DNA of 64,000 nucleotides from Cetorhinus maximus. Taxonomy: Eukaryota. Below are positions 12,990-25,849 of the stretch, in pieces (positions within the stretch are counted from its first letter, which is position 1; every line of letters starts with the position of its first letter). The stretch is taken from assembly GCF_964194155.1 (NCBI RefSeq), contig NC_135901.1, positions 7,626,001 through 7,690,000 of the forward strand, written 5' to 3'. The notes under the pieces were generated by a model. The model saw only the letters and a list, made by a program, of their open reading frames with translations. It had not been told where the DNA came from and did no database searches. The translations under genes were made by a program, and so were the position numbers.

Positions 12990-14545
12990 TTTGGAGAGGA
13001 AAGGATACAAAGTAAAGCAAACCGACTGCCAGAATATTAAATTTCACCCTAGCCATAAAGATTGTGAACATCAGCAGAAATCAACCCTAATGTCAAAATC
13101 AACATGGTTCAGTCCTCGATGTGATTAACAGCAGCAATAACAGCAGTATCCTGCAGTCACTTGACAGCTCACTGGTCTGCCTGCAGGTTGGATGAACGAG
13201 TGAAGCTCTTTTCACATTCAGAGCAGGTGAACAGCCCCTCCCCTGTGCGAACTCGCTGGTGTTTCAGCAGATCCCTTGTGCTTTTCAAATTCTTCTCGCA
13301 GTCAGAACATTTATACAGTCTCTCATAAGTGTGCACTCCCTGGTGTGCCCGAAGGTGTGATAAAAATCCTTTCCCACATTCAGTGCAGGTGAACAGCCTC
13401 TCCCCTGTGTGACTGTGGCATTGAGTTTCCAGATCTCAGTCAAAGAGTCACAGAGGTCTACAGCACAGAAAAAGGCCCTTCAAACAAGTACCTAACTATT
13501 CTAATCCCATTTTCCTGCACTAGCCTTGTATGCCATGGCATCGCAAGTGCACATCCAAATACTTCTGAAATGTTATGAGGATTTCTGCCTCTACCACCCT
13601 TTCGGGCAGTGAGTTCTAGATCCCCACCACCCTCTGGGTGAAAAAATTCTTCCTCACATCACCTCTAAACCTCCTGCCCCTTACCTTAAATCTATGCCCC
13701 CTGGTTATTGATCCCTCCACCAAGGGGAAAAGTTCCTTTCTGTCTACCCTATCTATGCCCTTCATAATTTTATACACCTCAATCATGTCCCCCCTCAATC
13801 TCCTCTGCTCCAGGGAAAATAACCCTAGTCTATCCAGTCTCCTGTCATAGCAAAAACTCTGCAGCCCAGGCAACATCCTGGTAAATCTTCTCTGCATTCT
13901 CTGTAGTGCAATCACATCCTTCCTATAATGCAGATTCCAGAACTGCACGCAATACTCTAGCTATGGCCTAATCAACGTTTATACAGTTCCAGCATAACCA
14001 CCCTGCTCTTATATTCTATGCCTCAGCTAATAAAGGCAAGTATCCCATATGCCTTCTTAGCCACCTTATCAACCTGCCCCGCTACCTTAAGGAACCGGTG
14101 AACATGCACACCTAGGCCCCTCTGATCCTCGGTACTTCTCAAGGTCCTTCCATTCATCTTGTATTCCCGTGCCTTGTTTGACCTGCCCAAGTGCATCACC
14201 TCACTCTTATCCGGATTAAATTCCAATTGCCGCTGATCAGCCCATCTGACCAGCCCGTCTATATCCTCCTGTAATCTCAGGCTTTCCTCCTCACTATTTA
14301 CCACCCCACCAATTTTTGTGTCATCCGCAAACTTACTGATCAACCCTTCTACATTCAAGTCTAAACCGTTTATATATATCACATGACAGATAATTTAATT
14401 CCTTTCAAGATCGCCACATTGACACAGCTTCTCCCTAGTGTGATTGCACTTGTGTTTTAACAAGAGAAAGGATCAGTTGAAACCTTGACAACACGCAGAA
14501 CACATGCATGGTTTCTCCCTGCTGTAAATGATGCTGTTTGTGGGG
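12990..14545 (-). pseudogene. C2H2 ZNF pseudogene split by CR1
   Basis: 14382-14545 encodes REKPCMCSACCQGFN*S..KHKCNHTREKL; 13160-13440 encodes DLETQCHSHTGERLFTCTECGKG.. plus further decayed fingers; family 3' UTR at 12990-13160. Confidence 0.85.
13445..14381 (-). mobile_element. CR1 LINE (young subfamily) inserted in a ZNF exon
   Basis: ORFs 14023-14382 (KFADDTK) and 13616-13948. Confidence 0.95.
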
Positions 14546-15057
14546 CTGAAGCGAGTCACAGTCCCAGTGACCAGGAGAGAAAATGATTTACTCATTAATT
14601 TTATTCTACTAGAGAAGAAAAAATATTCCACAGAAAGTGGAATTGTCTGCTCTGAATTTCTATCCTGGATTGACAGGGATGACTTTGTAAACTCCTTTTC
14701 CAGGGCATAAGAAGGGAAAAATTTACAGACATGAAACTCAAATCAAACATCACGTCAAGATCTGACGGTCACTCGATTCACCAGGACCTGAATATCAGCA
14801 GCCTTTGAATGTAGAACGAGAAATTTTTGCCTATGGAAAGGATTTAAAACTTCAGTGTGACTGGAAAAGCAGCGAGACACACACACACCAGAGTGAGAGT
14901 GTTCCAGTGAACTGACTGTGGAAAGAGCTTTAACCAGTTACACAGCCTGAAAAACATCACACCATTCACAGCGGAGAGAAAGCGTACCCCTTTTTCTGTG
15001 TGTGGACGAGGCTTCAACTGATTATTCAACCTGGAGAAGCACAAGGACACCCGCACC

Positions 15058-15546
15058 ATGGAGAAACCATGGAAATGTGGGGACTGTGGGAAGGGATTCA
15101 ATTATCCATCCAAGCTGGAAACTCATCGGCGCAGTCACACTGGGGAGAGACCATTCATCTGTTCTGATTGTGGGAAGGGATTCACTCAGTTATCTACCTT
15201 GTTAACACACCAGCGAGTTCACACTGGGGAGAGACCATTCACCTGCTCCATATGTGGGAAGGACTTTACTAAATCATCTACCCTGACTGATCACGAGCGA
15301 GTTCACACCGGGGAGAGGCCATTCAGTTGCTCTCACTGCGGGAAGAGATTTGGCCGGTCTTCCAAACTCACTGAACATCCCCGTGTTCACACTGGGGAGA
15401 GACCGTTCACCTGCCCCGTGTGTGGGAAGGGATTCACTTGTTTAACCAACCTCACATCACACCAACTTGTTCACACTGATCAGAGACCTTTTCAATCTTC
15501 TGTCTGTGATTCTGGCTTCAAAAGCACAAGGGATCTGCTGACATAG
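15058..15546 (+). CDS. C2H2 zinc-finger protein, 5 intact fingers, stop in finger 6 (truncated, possibly pseudogene)
   Basis: Five CxxC..HxxxH units with TGERPF linkers; acceptor at 14703; decayed fingers upstream of the ATG. Confidence 0.7.
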   Translation: MEKPWKCGDCGKGFNYPSKLETHRRSHTGERPFICSDCGKGFTQLSTLLTHQRVHTGERPFTCSICGKDFTKSSTLTDHERVHTGERPFSCSHCGKRFGRSSKLTEHPRVHTGERPFTCPVCGKGFTCLTNLTSHQLVHTDQRPFQSSVCDSGFKSTRDLLT

Positions 15547-15719
15547 CAACACAGTCACACCAGGGAGAGGCCCTGCTGTCTGTCCTGAATGATTCCATTT
15601 CACTAACAAATGTTGAAATGTTTGCTTCACACCCACAGGGTTTCATCTGTTTAAAGCCACAAACAGAAAGGTCCAGTTTTCTCTTGGAGTTTGAGACAAA
15701 TCAGCTTCCAAAATGGTGC

Positions 15720-16360
15720 AGAGTTTCAGCCAATGAGGGAGACACGGGCTCAGCCCCGCCCCTCATTCACTCCAATTGGTTGGAGGACCATCCGATTCCC
15801 CTCTTGGTCCTCCAGTCCTGTCCCATCTTCCTATTGGTCAGAAGCTTCCGTCAATCACTCCCCGGGCATTGTGATCTGGAGCATGCGCAGTGCGGGTGAT
15901 GTCCAAGGACAGATGCTTGTTTGTCTCATCTTCAGGCGGGAAGGAGGCGGATAAGCGGAGGCAGCATCGGGGGCAATGGGTGGGAGGGGAGGCTTCACAA
16001 ACACCCAGTGGAGGCCTCAACACCCCCAGTAAGAAATTACCGGGCCCGCCTGCACCGAACGGCACGGCAGCTGCGGGATTTCTCCCGGTGCCAGGCCCGA
16101 GTGGACAAATGTGGGTTAATGAAGGAAACGCAGCAATGGGTTTGTTAATGAGAAATCACCTTTAACTCACTTTACTGATCCTGGAGCAGGAGGAGAGAAT
16201 GGTGTGAATTTCTATCCTGGAATGACACTGGTGGGTTTAGGAAACTCCTTTTACAGGGGGTGAGAAGGGGAGGATTTACAGGCGGGAAAGTCAAACCAAA
16301 CATCACATTCAGAGCAGACCCGATTCATCAGGACCTGGATATTATCGGCCTTTGAGTGTA
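15720..16360 (+). promoter_or_regulatory. CpG-rich ZNF-type promoter with acceptor/leader and no adjacent finger array
   Basis: Double-CCAAT module with GC box, GGAGCATGCGCA, acceptor TTTTACAG at 16256; leader cut by CR1. Confidence 0.7.
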
Positions 16361-17289
16361 AGCATTGAGTTCCAGATCATTACCATTCACTGTATAAAAA
16401 AAAGTTATTCCTCACATTCCCCCTTTATCTCTTCCTAAAATCTTAAATCCCTGTCCATAATTTTTTACAATCAAATAATGGGAACAGCTTTTCTTTATCT
16501 ACCTTATCTAAACCTATTATTAACTTGTACACCTCTATCAAATCTCCCCTCAATCTCCTTTGCTCCAAGGAGAACAAGCCCAGTTTCTCCAACCTAACAT
16601 TGCAACTAAAATCCCTCATCCCTAGAACCATTCTGATAAACCTCCTCTGCATCCTCTCAAGGACCCTCACATCCTTCATAATATGTGGTGATCACTGGTT
16701 TGCACAGACCCAGATGTTCTGTGTTCGTGTCTGTGATGTCATCACACATCGACAATTGCTCAGTGACATCACCCCCGCTCCCCGGGTATTTCCTCAACAG
16801 AGATTTTTCTCTGACTCCAGTGCTTCTGATATCTTTCCAGCTGCAGGCTCCAGCAGGAGATTTTAATATTGAAAACTGAAATTGTTCCAGATGTGAGTAT
16901 TTTTGACCATTGCTTTTCGTGAGAGATTCCATGGCTCTGGGGCTGGTCTGATTCTTCTGCTGTGGATCTGAATCCATGTCCATCCATTGCTCTGTTTCAA
17001 CTCTCTCTTCCCTGATCACCTTTCTGCCATTGTCTAACTTCCTCTGTCTCTAATAATGAACGTATTTTAGTTATGTTTAGCATTTTACTGTTCCTTCTGC
17101 TGACCATGTCTAAATGAGGTTTCCACTGCTGCCCATCCCCTGACCATGTGCTGCTGGCTTACCAGCTCTTTCACTTTTGAGCTTATATTGATCATCAAAT
17201 TCTGCACCATTTGTATTGCCTGTAATTCATTCTACAGATCCTCAATCATTAACTGTTTCTCTCTCCACCAATACCAGCATATATTGCCA

Positions 17290-19350
17290 GTCACCAGTTG
17301 CTTGTGGAGAAGATGATGTTTGACCTTCTTGAACCGCTGCAGTTCGTGTGGTGAAGGTGCTCCCACAATGTTGTTATGTAAGGAGTTACAGGATTTTCAC
17401 CCAGTAATGATGCAGGAAAGGTGATGTGTGTCCAAATCAACGGGAAGAATTTGTGTTTATCTGGCGCCTTTAACATAAAACATTCCAAGGCATTTCACAG
17501 AAATTTTACAAAGCTACATTTAATACCAAGCCACATGATGAGATATTAGGACATAAATTTGGTGAAAGAGGTTGGTTTAAGGTGTATCTTAAAAGAGGAA
17601 AGCAAGTTAGAGAGCAATTGGGAGCAATTTCCAAAGTTTGGGCCACCAATGGTGGAGCGATTAAAATCAGGAATGCTTAAGAAGGTGTAATTAGATGAGT
17701 GCAGATATTTTGGAGGGTTGTGTGGCTGGAGGAGATTACAGTGTTAGGGATGATTGTAACCATGGAGGAAAACTGGGATGAGAATTTTCAAACGTTGCTG
17801 CCTCTGAATTGGGAGCCTTTGTAGATCAGTGATCACAGGGGTGATGGGTGAACAAGACTTGGTCCAAGTAAGCACAAGAGCAGCAGAGTTTTGGATGGTG
17901 GGGGTTGAATCTGGAAGGATGGCTGGGAGCGCGTTAGGGTTGTTAAGTCCAGAGGTGACAAAGAATTGAATGATGGCTTCAGCAGCAGATGAGCTGAGAC
18001 TGGGATGCAGTCAGGCGATGTTACTGAGGTGGAAATAGGTGGTCTTTGTGATGATGCGGATATGTGAATGGAAACCCATCTTGGGGTGAAATATTTTGCC
18101 ATGGTTGCTTGGTTCAGCCTCAGACAGTTCCCAGGGAGAGGGATGGGGTCAGTGACTAGGGAGTGGAATTTGTAACAGGGACTGAAGACAATGGCTTCAG
18201 TCTTCCCAGTATTTACTGAGGAAAGCTTATTTACTGATCGATGCTTATTGAGGAAAGGGGTGATATTGCAGATTTAGAGGAGAGAGGAACAGCACCTGGA
18301 GGGATCTGTTAACAATATCTGTTAACATGGGGACCAAGAGATGAGGTTGAATAGTTAGCAGTTTAGTTGACAGTAATATTGAGAAAGCAAAAAGTGGGTG
18401 TCATGGATAAGATAAGTTCGGAGAAGGAGATAGGAGAGACACGAGAGAAAGATGTTCGGGGCTAGGGCAGGGGGCAGCTTCAGAGGAAATTTGGCCAGGT
18501 GGGCTAGTGGAAGGGAAGGAAGCAGCAGAGGGAGCTGAATGGATGATGTTGATCTTAGTGACAAAAGTCTGTGAGCTCCTATCTCTTATTGTTGGAAGTG
18601 AGGGCACAGGAGACAGTGGAAGAAGGGTTAAGAAAGATGATTTGCATTTGAGAAAAAGCCTAGGGTTATATTTGCATTTGAGGATGATCCTAGAATAGTG
18701 AGCAGTTATAGCAGGCGAGAAACGAACCCTATTGTGCGTTATGTGCTTCAGCAAGATCTGGGGGTGGATGCTTAGACCAATTGTCCACCGTATCTTTTCA
18801 AGTCTGCATCCCTTGGACTTAAGGGAGCAGAGATGAGGGCTGTACTGGGGGGAGCAGCCAGGGAGAGAGAGAGTCAAGGTTTTACTGGGAACTAGAGCAT
18901 CACAGATGGTGGTGAGGATATGGGTCACTGTGTAAAAATAAGGGGTCACTGATTTAACACAGAGATGAGATTTTTTTATTATCTCAGAGGTTAATGAGCC
19001 TTTGCAATTCCCTTCCTCAAAAGGCATGGAAGCAGAATCTTTGAATATTTTTAAGGCAGAGGTAGATAGATTCTTGATAAACAAGGGGGTGAAAGGTTAT
19101 CAGAGGTAGGTGTGAGGTTACAGTCAGATCAGCCATGATAATGTTGAATGACGGAGCAGCCTCCAGGGTCCAAGTGGCCGACTCCTGCTCCTAATTTGTA
19201 TGTTCATATTTTAAATGGAGGAAATTTCTCTTCATGCAGTGCTGGATGTCAGACAAGTTAGGACAGTGTGTGAGTTGGAGAGGAACTTGTCGGTGATGGC
19301 GTTCGTATATACCTGCTACTCTGGTCCTTCTAGGTGGTGGAGGCTGAGAG
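17290..19350 (-). mobile_element. L2-like LINE nested in an older LINE 3' end, with additional L2/CR1 pieces (ZNF intron)
   Basis: Reverse-complement homologue of 34.3-36.3 kb; CR1 3' end at about 18930-19210 (+). Confidence 0.75.
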
Positions 19351-19777
19351 TTTGGGAAATTCTGGTCAAGTTGTAGATATATAAAATCTCTCTCTCTGCA
19401 CTTTTACTCTCCCACCTCTTTCTCTCTCTCTCCTCCCATGAAGGACAGAGTCTTGTGTAGCCCAGACCGGGTGGCAGGTTCCCTTCGCTGGACGATATTA
19501 GTGGACCAGTTGTGTTTTTACGACAATCCATCAACTTTCAGGGTCACTTTTTCCTAGTGCTGGCTCCACAAATGATCAGATTAATTCAACTCAATTTCAC
19601 AACCTGGCTTTGTGTGTTTTTTGTGGGTTCTCTCTCATTCCCTTTTTTCTGTTTTAAATCAATTTCAGGGTATTAGAAGAGGAGGATTTGCAGTCGGGAA
19701 ACTGAAACCAAACATCACATCAGGATCTGGCAAAGTTGTCCAATTAATTGTATCCTGAATATTACCGGATTTTGAAC

Positions 19778-20533
19778 ATGGAAGGAAAAAGCACCGTTCA
19801 CAGTGGAGAGAAACCGTATACGTGTTCTGTCCTGTCGGGACACAAGCAGAGTCAAACTGGGGAGAAACTGTGGAAATGTGGTGACTGTGGGAAGGGATTC
19901 AATTATCCAGTTAGGCTGGAAATTCATCGGCGCATTCACACCGGGGAGAGGCCATTTACCTGCCCCAAGTGTGGGAAGGGATTCACGACCTCATCCCATC
20001 TGCTGACGCACCAGCGCATTCACACTGGGGAGAGACCATTCACCTGCTCTGAGTGTGGGAAGGGATTCACTCAGTCATCCAACCTGCTGACACACCAGCG
20101 AGTGCACACTGGAGAGAGGCCCTTCACCTGCTCCGAGTGTGGGAAGGGATTCACCATTTCAGCCCACCTGCTGAGACACCAGCGAGTTCACTCTGACGAG
20201 AGACCTTTTAAATGCCCAGACTGTGGGAAGTGCTATAAAAGTTCTGGGGAACTGATGTCCCATCAACGTGTTCACACTGATGAAAGACCGTTCAGATGCT
20301 CCCACTGTGGGACGGGGTTCAAGCAATCATCTGACCTCACTGTACACCAGCGCACTCACACTGGGGAGAAGCCGTTCTCATGCTCCGTGTGTGAGAAGAG
20401 ATTCAATCAGACATGCACCCTTCTGCGACACCAGCAAGTTCACACTGGGGAGAGGCCATTCACCTGCTCCATGTGTGGGAAGAGATTTGGTCGGTCATCC
20501 ACACTGCTGAGACACCAGCAAATTCACAAGTGA
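19778..20533 (+). CDS. C2H2 zinc-finger protein, 8 fingers, no effector domain
   Basis: Intact ORF from ATG ([12 protein letters not shown]..); acceptor at 19668; AATAAA at 20574. Confidence 0.9.
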   Translation: MEGKSTVHSGEKPYTCSVLSGHKQSQTGEKLWKCGDCGKGFNYPVRLEIHRRIHTGERPFTCPKCGKGFTTSSHLLTHQRIHTGERPFTCSECGKGFTQSSNLLTHQRVHTGERPFTCSECGKGFTISAHLLRHQRVHSDERPFKCPDCGKCYKSSGELMSHQRVHTDERPFRCSHCGTGFKQSSDLTVHQRTHTGEKPFSCSVCEKRFNQTCTLLRHQQVHTGERPFTCSMCGKRFGRSSTLLRHQQIHK

Positions 20534-20619
20534 CTATAGTGATCGATTTTTCTGTTCATCGCATCCAGGACTGAATAAAAGAGTTGCAATCTGTGACTGT
20601 TGATAATTCAAAAGAGTTT

Positions 20620-21070
20620 CACGGCGTTGGCAGCAAACGCAGCCTTTCCGAGTCACCGGGACGCTCAGGCCCCGCCCACTCTCTGGTGCGTCATCAAGAT
20701 GGCCGCGTAAGCCCTCCGCTGCCCGCTGGACCAAGATGGCGGCCGCTAACCTGGTGCTGGACAGGGAAAAATGTTCTGGAACTGCGAATACGAGACCTGC
20801 AGCGTCTTATTCCTGGCTTCCGGCCTACACTGAGCGTTTATGAAGCCTGCGCTTCCTCTTCACCCCGACTCCTGGCTCCATTCCTCAGTCCGCCCCATCG
20901 ACACTCACCCGCTGAGAAACGCCTCTCCCTCACTCGCTCAGCTCAAATTGATAATGCGCATGCTCCAGCTAGAGTACAGCACTGCGCCTGTGCACCGTGC
21001 TCCTGTAATATGAATAGGGCACTTTCACATCAGCAGGGAATCTTGCGTAACAGCAGCGCCATTTGAACTT
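20620..21070 (-). promoter_or_regulatory. ZNF-type promoter/exon 1 pointing leftward
   Basis: Minus strand CAGGCGCAGTG..TGGAGCATGCGCAT (as at 59.8 kb), donor GTGAGT (20903-20908), two YY1-type GCCATCTT motifs. Confidence 0.65.
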
Positions 21071-21649
21071 TAAAGCGGGAATAGAACGTAATTGGAACCC
21101 AATTGCGATAAATTAATTTTTAAAATCACACATATATCCTACTGAATAGGTGCTGTGCCATTCTTTATTTCTTTAAGTGATTTAAGCCATTGCTCACTGA
21201 GCTTTTGAAAATTTTCCGACTGGTTCCCCTCTGTCTTTCCTCCCTGAAGGTGCTGACTCCAGCTCGGTTAAATCACACCGTCACTGGTTCTTTTCTTTCT
21301 CTTCTATCCCCTGATACCGAATATCCACTGTTTTATAGAATGATGCAGCATAGATTGAACCCATTCGGTCCATTATGCCTATGCTAGCTTTTTGAAAGAT
21401 CTATCCAATAAATTCCACAGCCCTGCTGGCACTGTCAGGACAATGTATATTTGCTGTATTAATGCAAGAGGTGAATGGATAAGGCTTTCCAGTTGCACAC
21501 TTCTCAGACACACTCACCCCTGTGGAAAGATCGATTGACCAGTATATGAAGCAGATATTAATGGTTCACTGATATAAAAACAGAAAGTGCAGGAAAACTC
21601 AACATGTCTGGCAGCACCTGGTGAGAGAGAAACAGAGTCCAGGTGACGA

Positions 21650-22120
21650 ATGGATCTAGCCATTTGTGGGGCCAGCACCAGGAACAAGTGACCTGAAAGC
21701 TGTAGGGTTGTAAAACCCAACTAATTCATTCATGCCCATCAGGGAAGGGAACCTTCCACCCAGTCTGGGCCTACTCAAGACTCTGGCCTCTATGGAAGCA
21801 GATAGAGAGGTAAAAGGTTTGGGGCCCTTGGAGGGGGGGAATGATACTGAAGGAGAGGGATCTTATACATTGTCATGTAGACAAGAACTTAGACAGAACC
21901 TTCTAACACTGTGACTTCGACCCATTTGAAAGACAGTAACAGAAGGTGCATGCAAAAACCTCCAAGTTCCCTTCAAAGTCACACACAGCATCCTGACTTG
22001 GGCATATATTACCGTTCCTTCATCATTGTTGGGTGAAAATCCTGCAACCCCTTACCTCACAGCATTGTTAAAGCACCTTCACCACAAGGACTGCCATGGA
22101 TCAAGAAGGCCCACAATCAC
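21650..22120 (-). pseudogene. Orphan ZNF intron segment lacking the L2 insertion; finger exon absent
   Basis: Colinear with 34000-34345 and continuing directly into sequence homologous to 36179-36270. Confidence 0.7.
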
Positions 22121-22144
22121 CTTAATGTGGAGTAGGCTGGATCA

Positions 22145-22690
22145 TTTTTATTAGACTTTTGCGGGATGTGGGTATTGCTGGCGAGACCAGCGTTTATATC
22201 TCACTCCTAATTGCCCTGGAGAAGATGGTGGTGATCCACCTTCTTGAACTGCTACATTTATGTGGCATAGGTACACCCACAGTGGAACTAGGCAGTTCCA
22301 GGGTTTTGATACACCAATAGTGAAGGAACAGTGACTTAGTTCCCAAGTCAAGATGGTGTGTGGTTTGGGGGGAGGCGGGAGGTGGGGGGGTTGGGGGGGG
22401 GGGGTGGTGGGTGGGAGCTTGTAGATGCTGGTGTTCACATGTGTCTGTTCGCCTTGTTCTTCTAGGTGGGAGAGGTTGTGTCTTTGAAAAGTGTTGTAGA
22501 ACAAAATTAATGAGTTGCTTCAGTGCATCTCGTAGGTGGTATGCACTGTTGCCACTCTGTGTTGGTGGTGGAGGGAGTGGATGTTAAAGGTGGTGGGTGG
22601 AGTGCCCTCAAGCAGACTGCCTTGTCCAGGATGGTGCTGAGCTTCTAGAGTGTAATTGGAGCCACACTCATCCATTATGTTTGCTGGCCT
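22145..22690 (-). mobile_element. Unassigned LINE family, 3' end
   Basis: Homologous to 39910-40630, including the tail. Confidence 0.7.
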
Positions 22691-23099
22691 TGCTCGCAAA
22701 AGCCCACGCCACAAAAATTAATTTAAGAGAACGAAATGTAAATGAATTGAAAGCCTATACTGAAATTATTGTTCAGAAAACAATATTTGTTTACATTGTA
22801 GGGGCTGTGTCTGTTTAGCAACCTCACTTGGTAGTCCCACACATTGAGAATTGTTGGGCTGCACTGGGCTGAAAACTGCTCAGAAGCTCCTCCTCCATCT
22901 CCACTCCTGTTCGAACTGATGCAACACTAAAGGTCTACTCAGGAGGCCAGGGGTAGACAAGGGCATCCAACTCCAATACTGAGGCAAATACTGATAATAT
23001 TAAGTAGGTTAAGCAAAATCTGTGCATCGAGAAGCAAGAAAGAATTTCATGCCGTTGACCTTTTTGTCAGGATGCAGTGAAAAACTTACAGGCAGCTGC

Positions 23100-23520
23100 T
23101 GATTAATGGCGATATTAGTCCCACAATCCCCTGCGTCCCAGAAACCCCTCTATTCAACTCGCTCCTTTCCCCCAGGCGCTGAGAGTGCGCATGCTCCCCA
23201 GGACCAGCCGCGGGGCATTCTGGGCGGTCTCTTTGTTGTGAGTCGGACTCGGTGGAAATGGAGAAGAAACCGGGAAGCGGCGGCGAGGATGGGGGAGGCG
23301 CTGCAGCATCGCTTTAATGGGCAGCCCCGACCCCCAGCCCGGAGAGATCACCGCACGGCCGCCGGGCCCGGCCGCTCTCATTCGGCCTCTGAGAGCCGCA
23401 CTCGCTGTTCCTGAGGCTGCGCTCGCCCCCCGCTCAGTTTCTCCATTGAATCCTGTTTCTCTCCTTGTTTCTCCCAACTCAGATTCACCGCCTCATTTTC
23501 TTTTCTTCCTCTGAGCCCCT
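23100..23520. promoter_or_regulatory. CpG-island promoter, probably bidirectional
   Basis: ZNF143/SBS-like TCCCACAATCCCCTGCG and minus-strand GCCCAGAATGCCCCGCG; NRF1-type TGCGCATGCTC; high CpG density; upstream of the acceptor at 24154. Confidence 0.7.
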
Positions 23521-24364
23521 GAACTCCATCTGACAGGGTCATGTTGGAGAGCGGGCATTGACTGTCCTGGGAAACAACAGCAAGAGGAGCTCAGAGGCCG
23601 GAGAAGCAAAGGAGCAGCGAGTTCAGTCACCAATCGGGGGGGATTGAGGACTGGACCCTGGGTCAGTCAGTCAGGGGAGTCACAGTGAACCCCTGGGGAA
23701 TCAGTCATCTCTGAAAAATTGAATGAGTATCTCTTTTATCAACAACACTATTTTATATTTGTCAGTATTTTTATTTATTCTTTGTTATCTTAATCCCAGG
23801 ACATTGCTGCTGGAGTTCCTCAGGGCAGTATTCTAGGCCTAACCACCTTCAGCTGCTTTATCAATAACCTTTCTTCCATCATAAGTCAGAATTGGGAATA
23901 TATCGCCGTTCCTTCACTGTTGCTGAGTCAAAATCCTGGTACTTTCTTTTGAACTGCACCTACACCACGTGGACTACAGCAGTTCAAGGAAGTGGCTCAC
24001 CACCGCCTTCTCAAGGCAATTCCAGATGGGCAACAAATACTGGTCTTATCAGTGACACCAACATCGCATGAACAGATTAGAAAAAGGAAAGAAACTAGGA
24101 TTGTCTGTTCTGGATTTCTATCCTGTACTGACTTTTGTGAATCCCTTTTTGTAGGATATTTGAACAGGAAGATTTGCTGACAGGAAACTCAAACCAAACA
24201 TCACGTCAAAGTCTGACCAATTCACTCAATACATCAGGAGCTGGATATCATTGAATGTGTAATATGGACGGAGAAATATTTTAACCAGTTGCACAGCCTG
24301 AAAAAGCTTCGCACCTTTCACCGTGAGAATAAACTGTGGACGAGATTTGATCTGATCATCCAAC

Positions 24365-25402
24365 ATGGACAGCCACAAGGACACCGGCACCACGGAGAAA
24401 CCATGGAAATGCGGGGACTGTGGGAAGGGATTTGGTTCCCCATCAAAGCTGGAAATTCATCAGCGCAGTCACACTGGGGAGAGGCCGTTCACCTGCTCCA
24501 TGTGTGGGAAGGGATTCACTCATTCATCCAACCTTCTGAGACACCAGCGCATTCACACTGAACAGAGTTCAGTCATCTGCTCCATGTGTGGGAAGGCAAT
24601 CGGTCATTCATCGAACTTTCAGAGGCACCAGCAAACTCACAGTGGAGAGAGGACATTCATCTGCTCCATGTGTGGGAAGGGATTCACTCATTCATCTAAC
24701 CTTCTGAGACACCAGTGCATTCACACTGAACAGAGTTCAGTCATCTGCTCCATGTGTGGGAAGGCAATCGGTCATTCATCGAACTTTCAGAGGCACCAGC
24801 AAACTCACAGTGGAGAGAGGACATTCATCTGCTCCGTGTGTGGGAAGGGGTTCACTCAGTCATCCTACCTGCTGACACACCAACGCATTCATACGAGGGA
24901 GAGTCCGTTCATCTGTTCTTTGTGTGGGGAGGGATTTAATCGATTATCTAGGCTGCTGAAACACCAGCGCATTCACACTGGGGAAAGTCCATACACCTGC
25001 TTTATCTGTGGCAAGGGATTTAATCGGCCATCCAAACTACTGACACACCAACGAATTCACACTGGGGAGAGGCCATTCACCTGCTCCATGTGTGGGAAGG
25101 GATTCACTAATTCATCCGACCTGCTAACTCACCAGCGAGTTCACACTGGTGAGAGGCCATTCACATGTTCGGTGTGTGGAAAGGGATTCACTCGATCATC
25201 CCGCCTTCTGACACACCAACTTGTTCATACTGATCAGAGACCCTTTGAATGTTCATACTGTGAGAAGGCCTTTAAAAGTAAAAAGGATCTGCTGATACAC
25301 AAACGAATTCACACTGAGGAGAGGCCGTTCACCTGCTCCGTGTGTGGGAAGGGATTCACTCAGTCAGGCTCCTGGCTGACACACCAACGAGTTCACAAGT
25401 GA
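24365..25402 (+). CDS. C2H2 zinc-finger protein, 12 fingers, no effector domain
   Basis: Intact 345-aa ORF followed by the family 3' UTR. Confidence 0.92.
   Translation: MDSHKDTGTTEKPWKCGDCGKGFGSPSKLEIHQRSHTGERPFTCSMCGKGFTHSSNLLRHQRIHTEQSSVICSMCGKAIGHSSNFQRHQQTHSGERTFICSMCGKGFTHSSNLLRHQCIHTEQSSVICSMCGKAIGHSSNFQRHQQTHSGERTFICSVCGKGFTQSSYLLTHQRIHTRESPFICSLCGEGFNRLSRLLKHQRIHTGESPYTCFICGKGFNRPSKLLTHQRIHTGERPFTCSMCGKGFTNSSDLLTHQRVHTGERPFTCSVCGKGFTRSSRLLTHQLVHTDQRPFECSYCEKAFKSKKDLLIHKRIHTEERPFTCSVCGKGFTQSGSWLTHQRVHK
24493..24828 (+). repeat. 168-bp in-frame tandem duplication (2 fingers)
   Basis: 24493-24660 and 24661-24828 differ at 2 positions. Confidence 0.95.
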
Positions 25403-25849
25403 CTGTAGGGGTTGGATTCTGCATTTTTTGCTGCTGTTAATCATGTTCAGGATTGAATTCTTTCATTCTGACAGTTGGGGTTGTTTCTGCAGATTTTACT
25501 GGACATATAATTGGGCTGCTGTTTAATATTCTGTATAGATGTCGAATAGCATGTCAAGCTTTGTTTTGAACACATGTAGATTTTTATCCTTCCCACTTGA
25601 GTGTTTAACATCACCTGGTTGGATCTCAGAAAGGACAATCTGGGGGAGGATCGCACGGCAGGAACAGAACTCCAGCCTGGACACAGTCCTTCAGGGTCAT
25701 GCTGAGAGAGACAAATGGCACTTTGGCCTTACTCATTTCTCCTCACTGACAGCAAAACCCACATGTGGATTCATCCTGAGGTGTGCAAGAAATATGTCAC
25801 AGCCACTTCTCACCATCCTGACTTGGAAATATATTGACGTTCCTTCACT

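Noticed and set aside
15019-15021. In-frame TGA as selenocysteine
   Set aside because: It aligns to CGA (Arg), not Cys; neighbouring upstream fingers are frameshifted; no SECIS recognised
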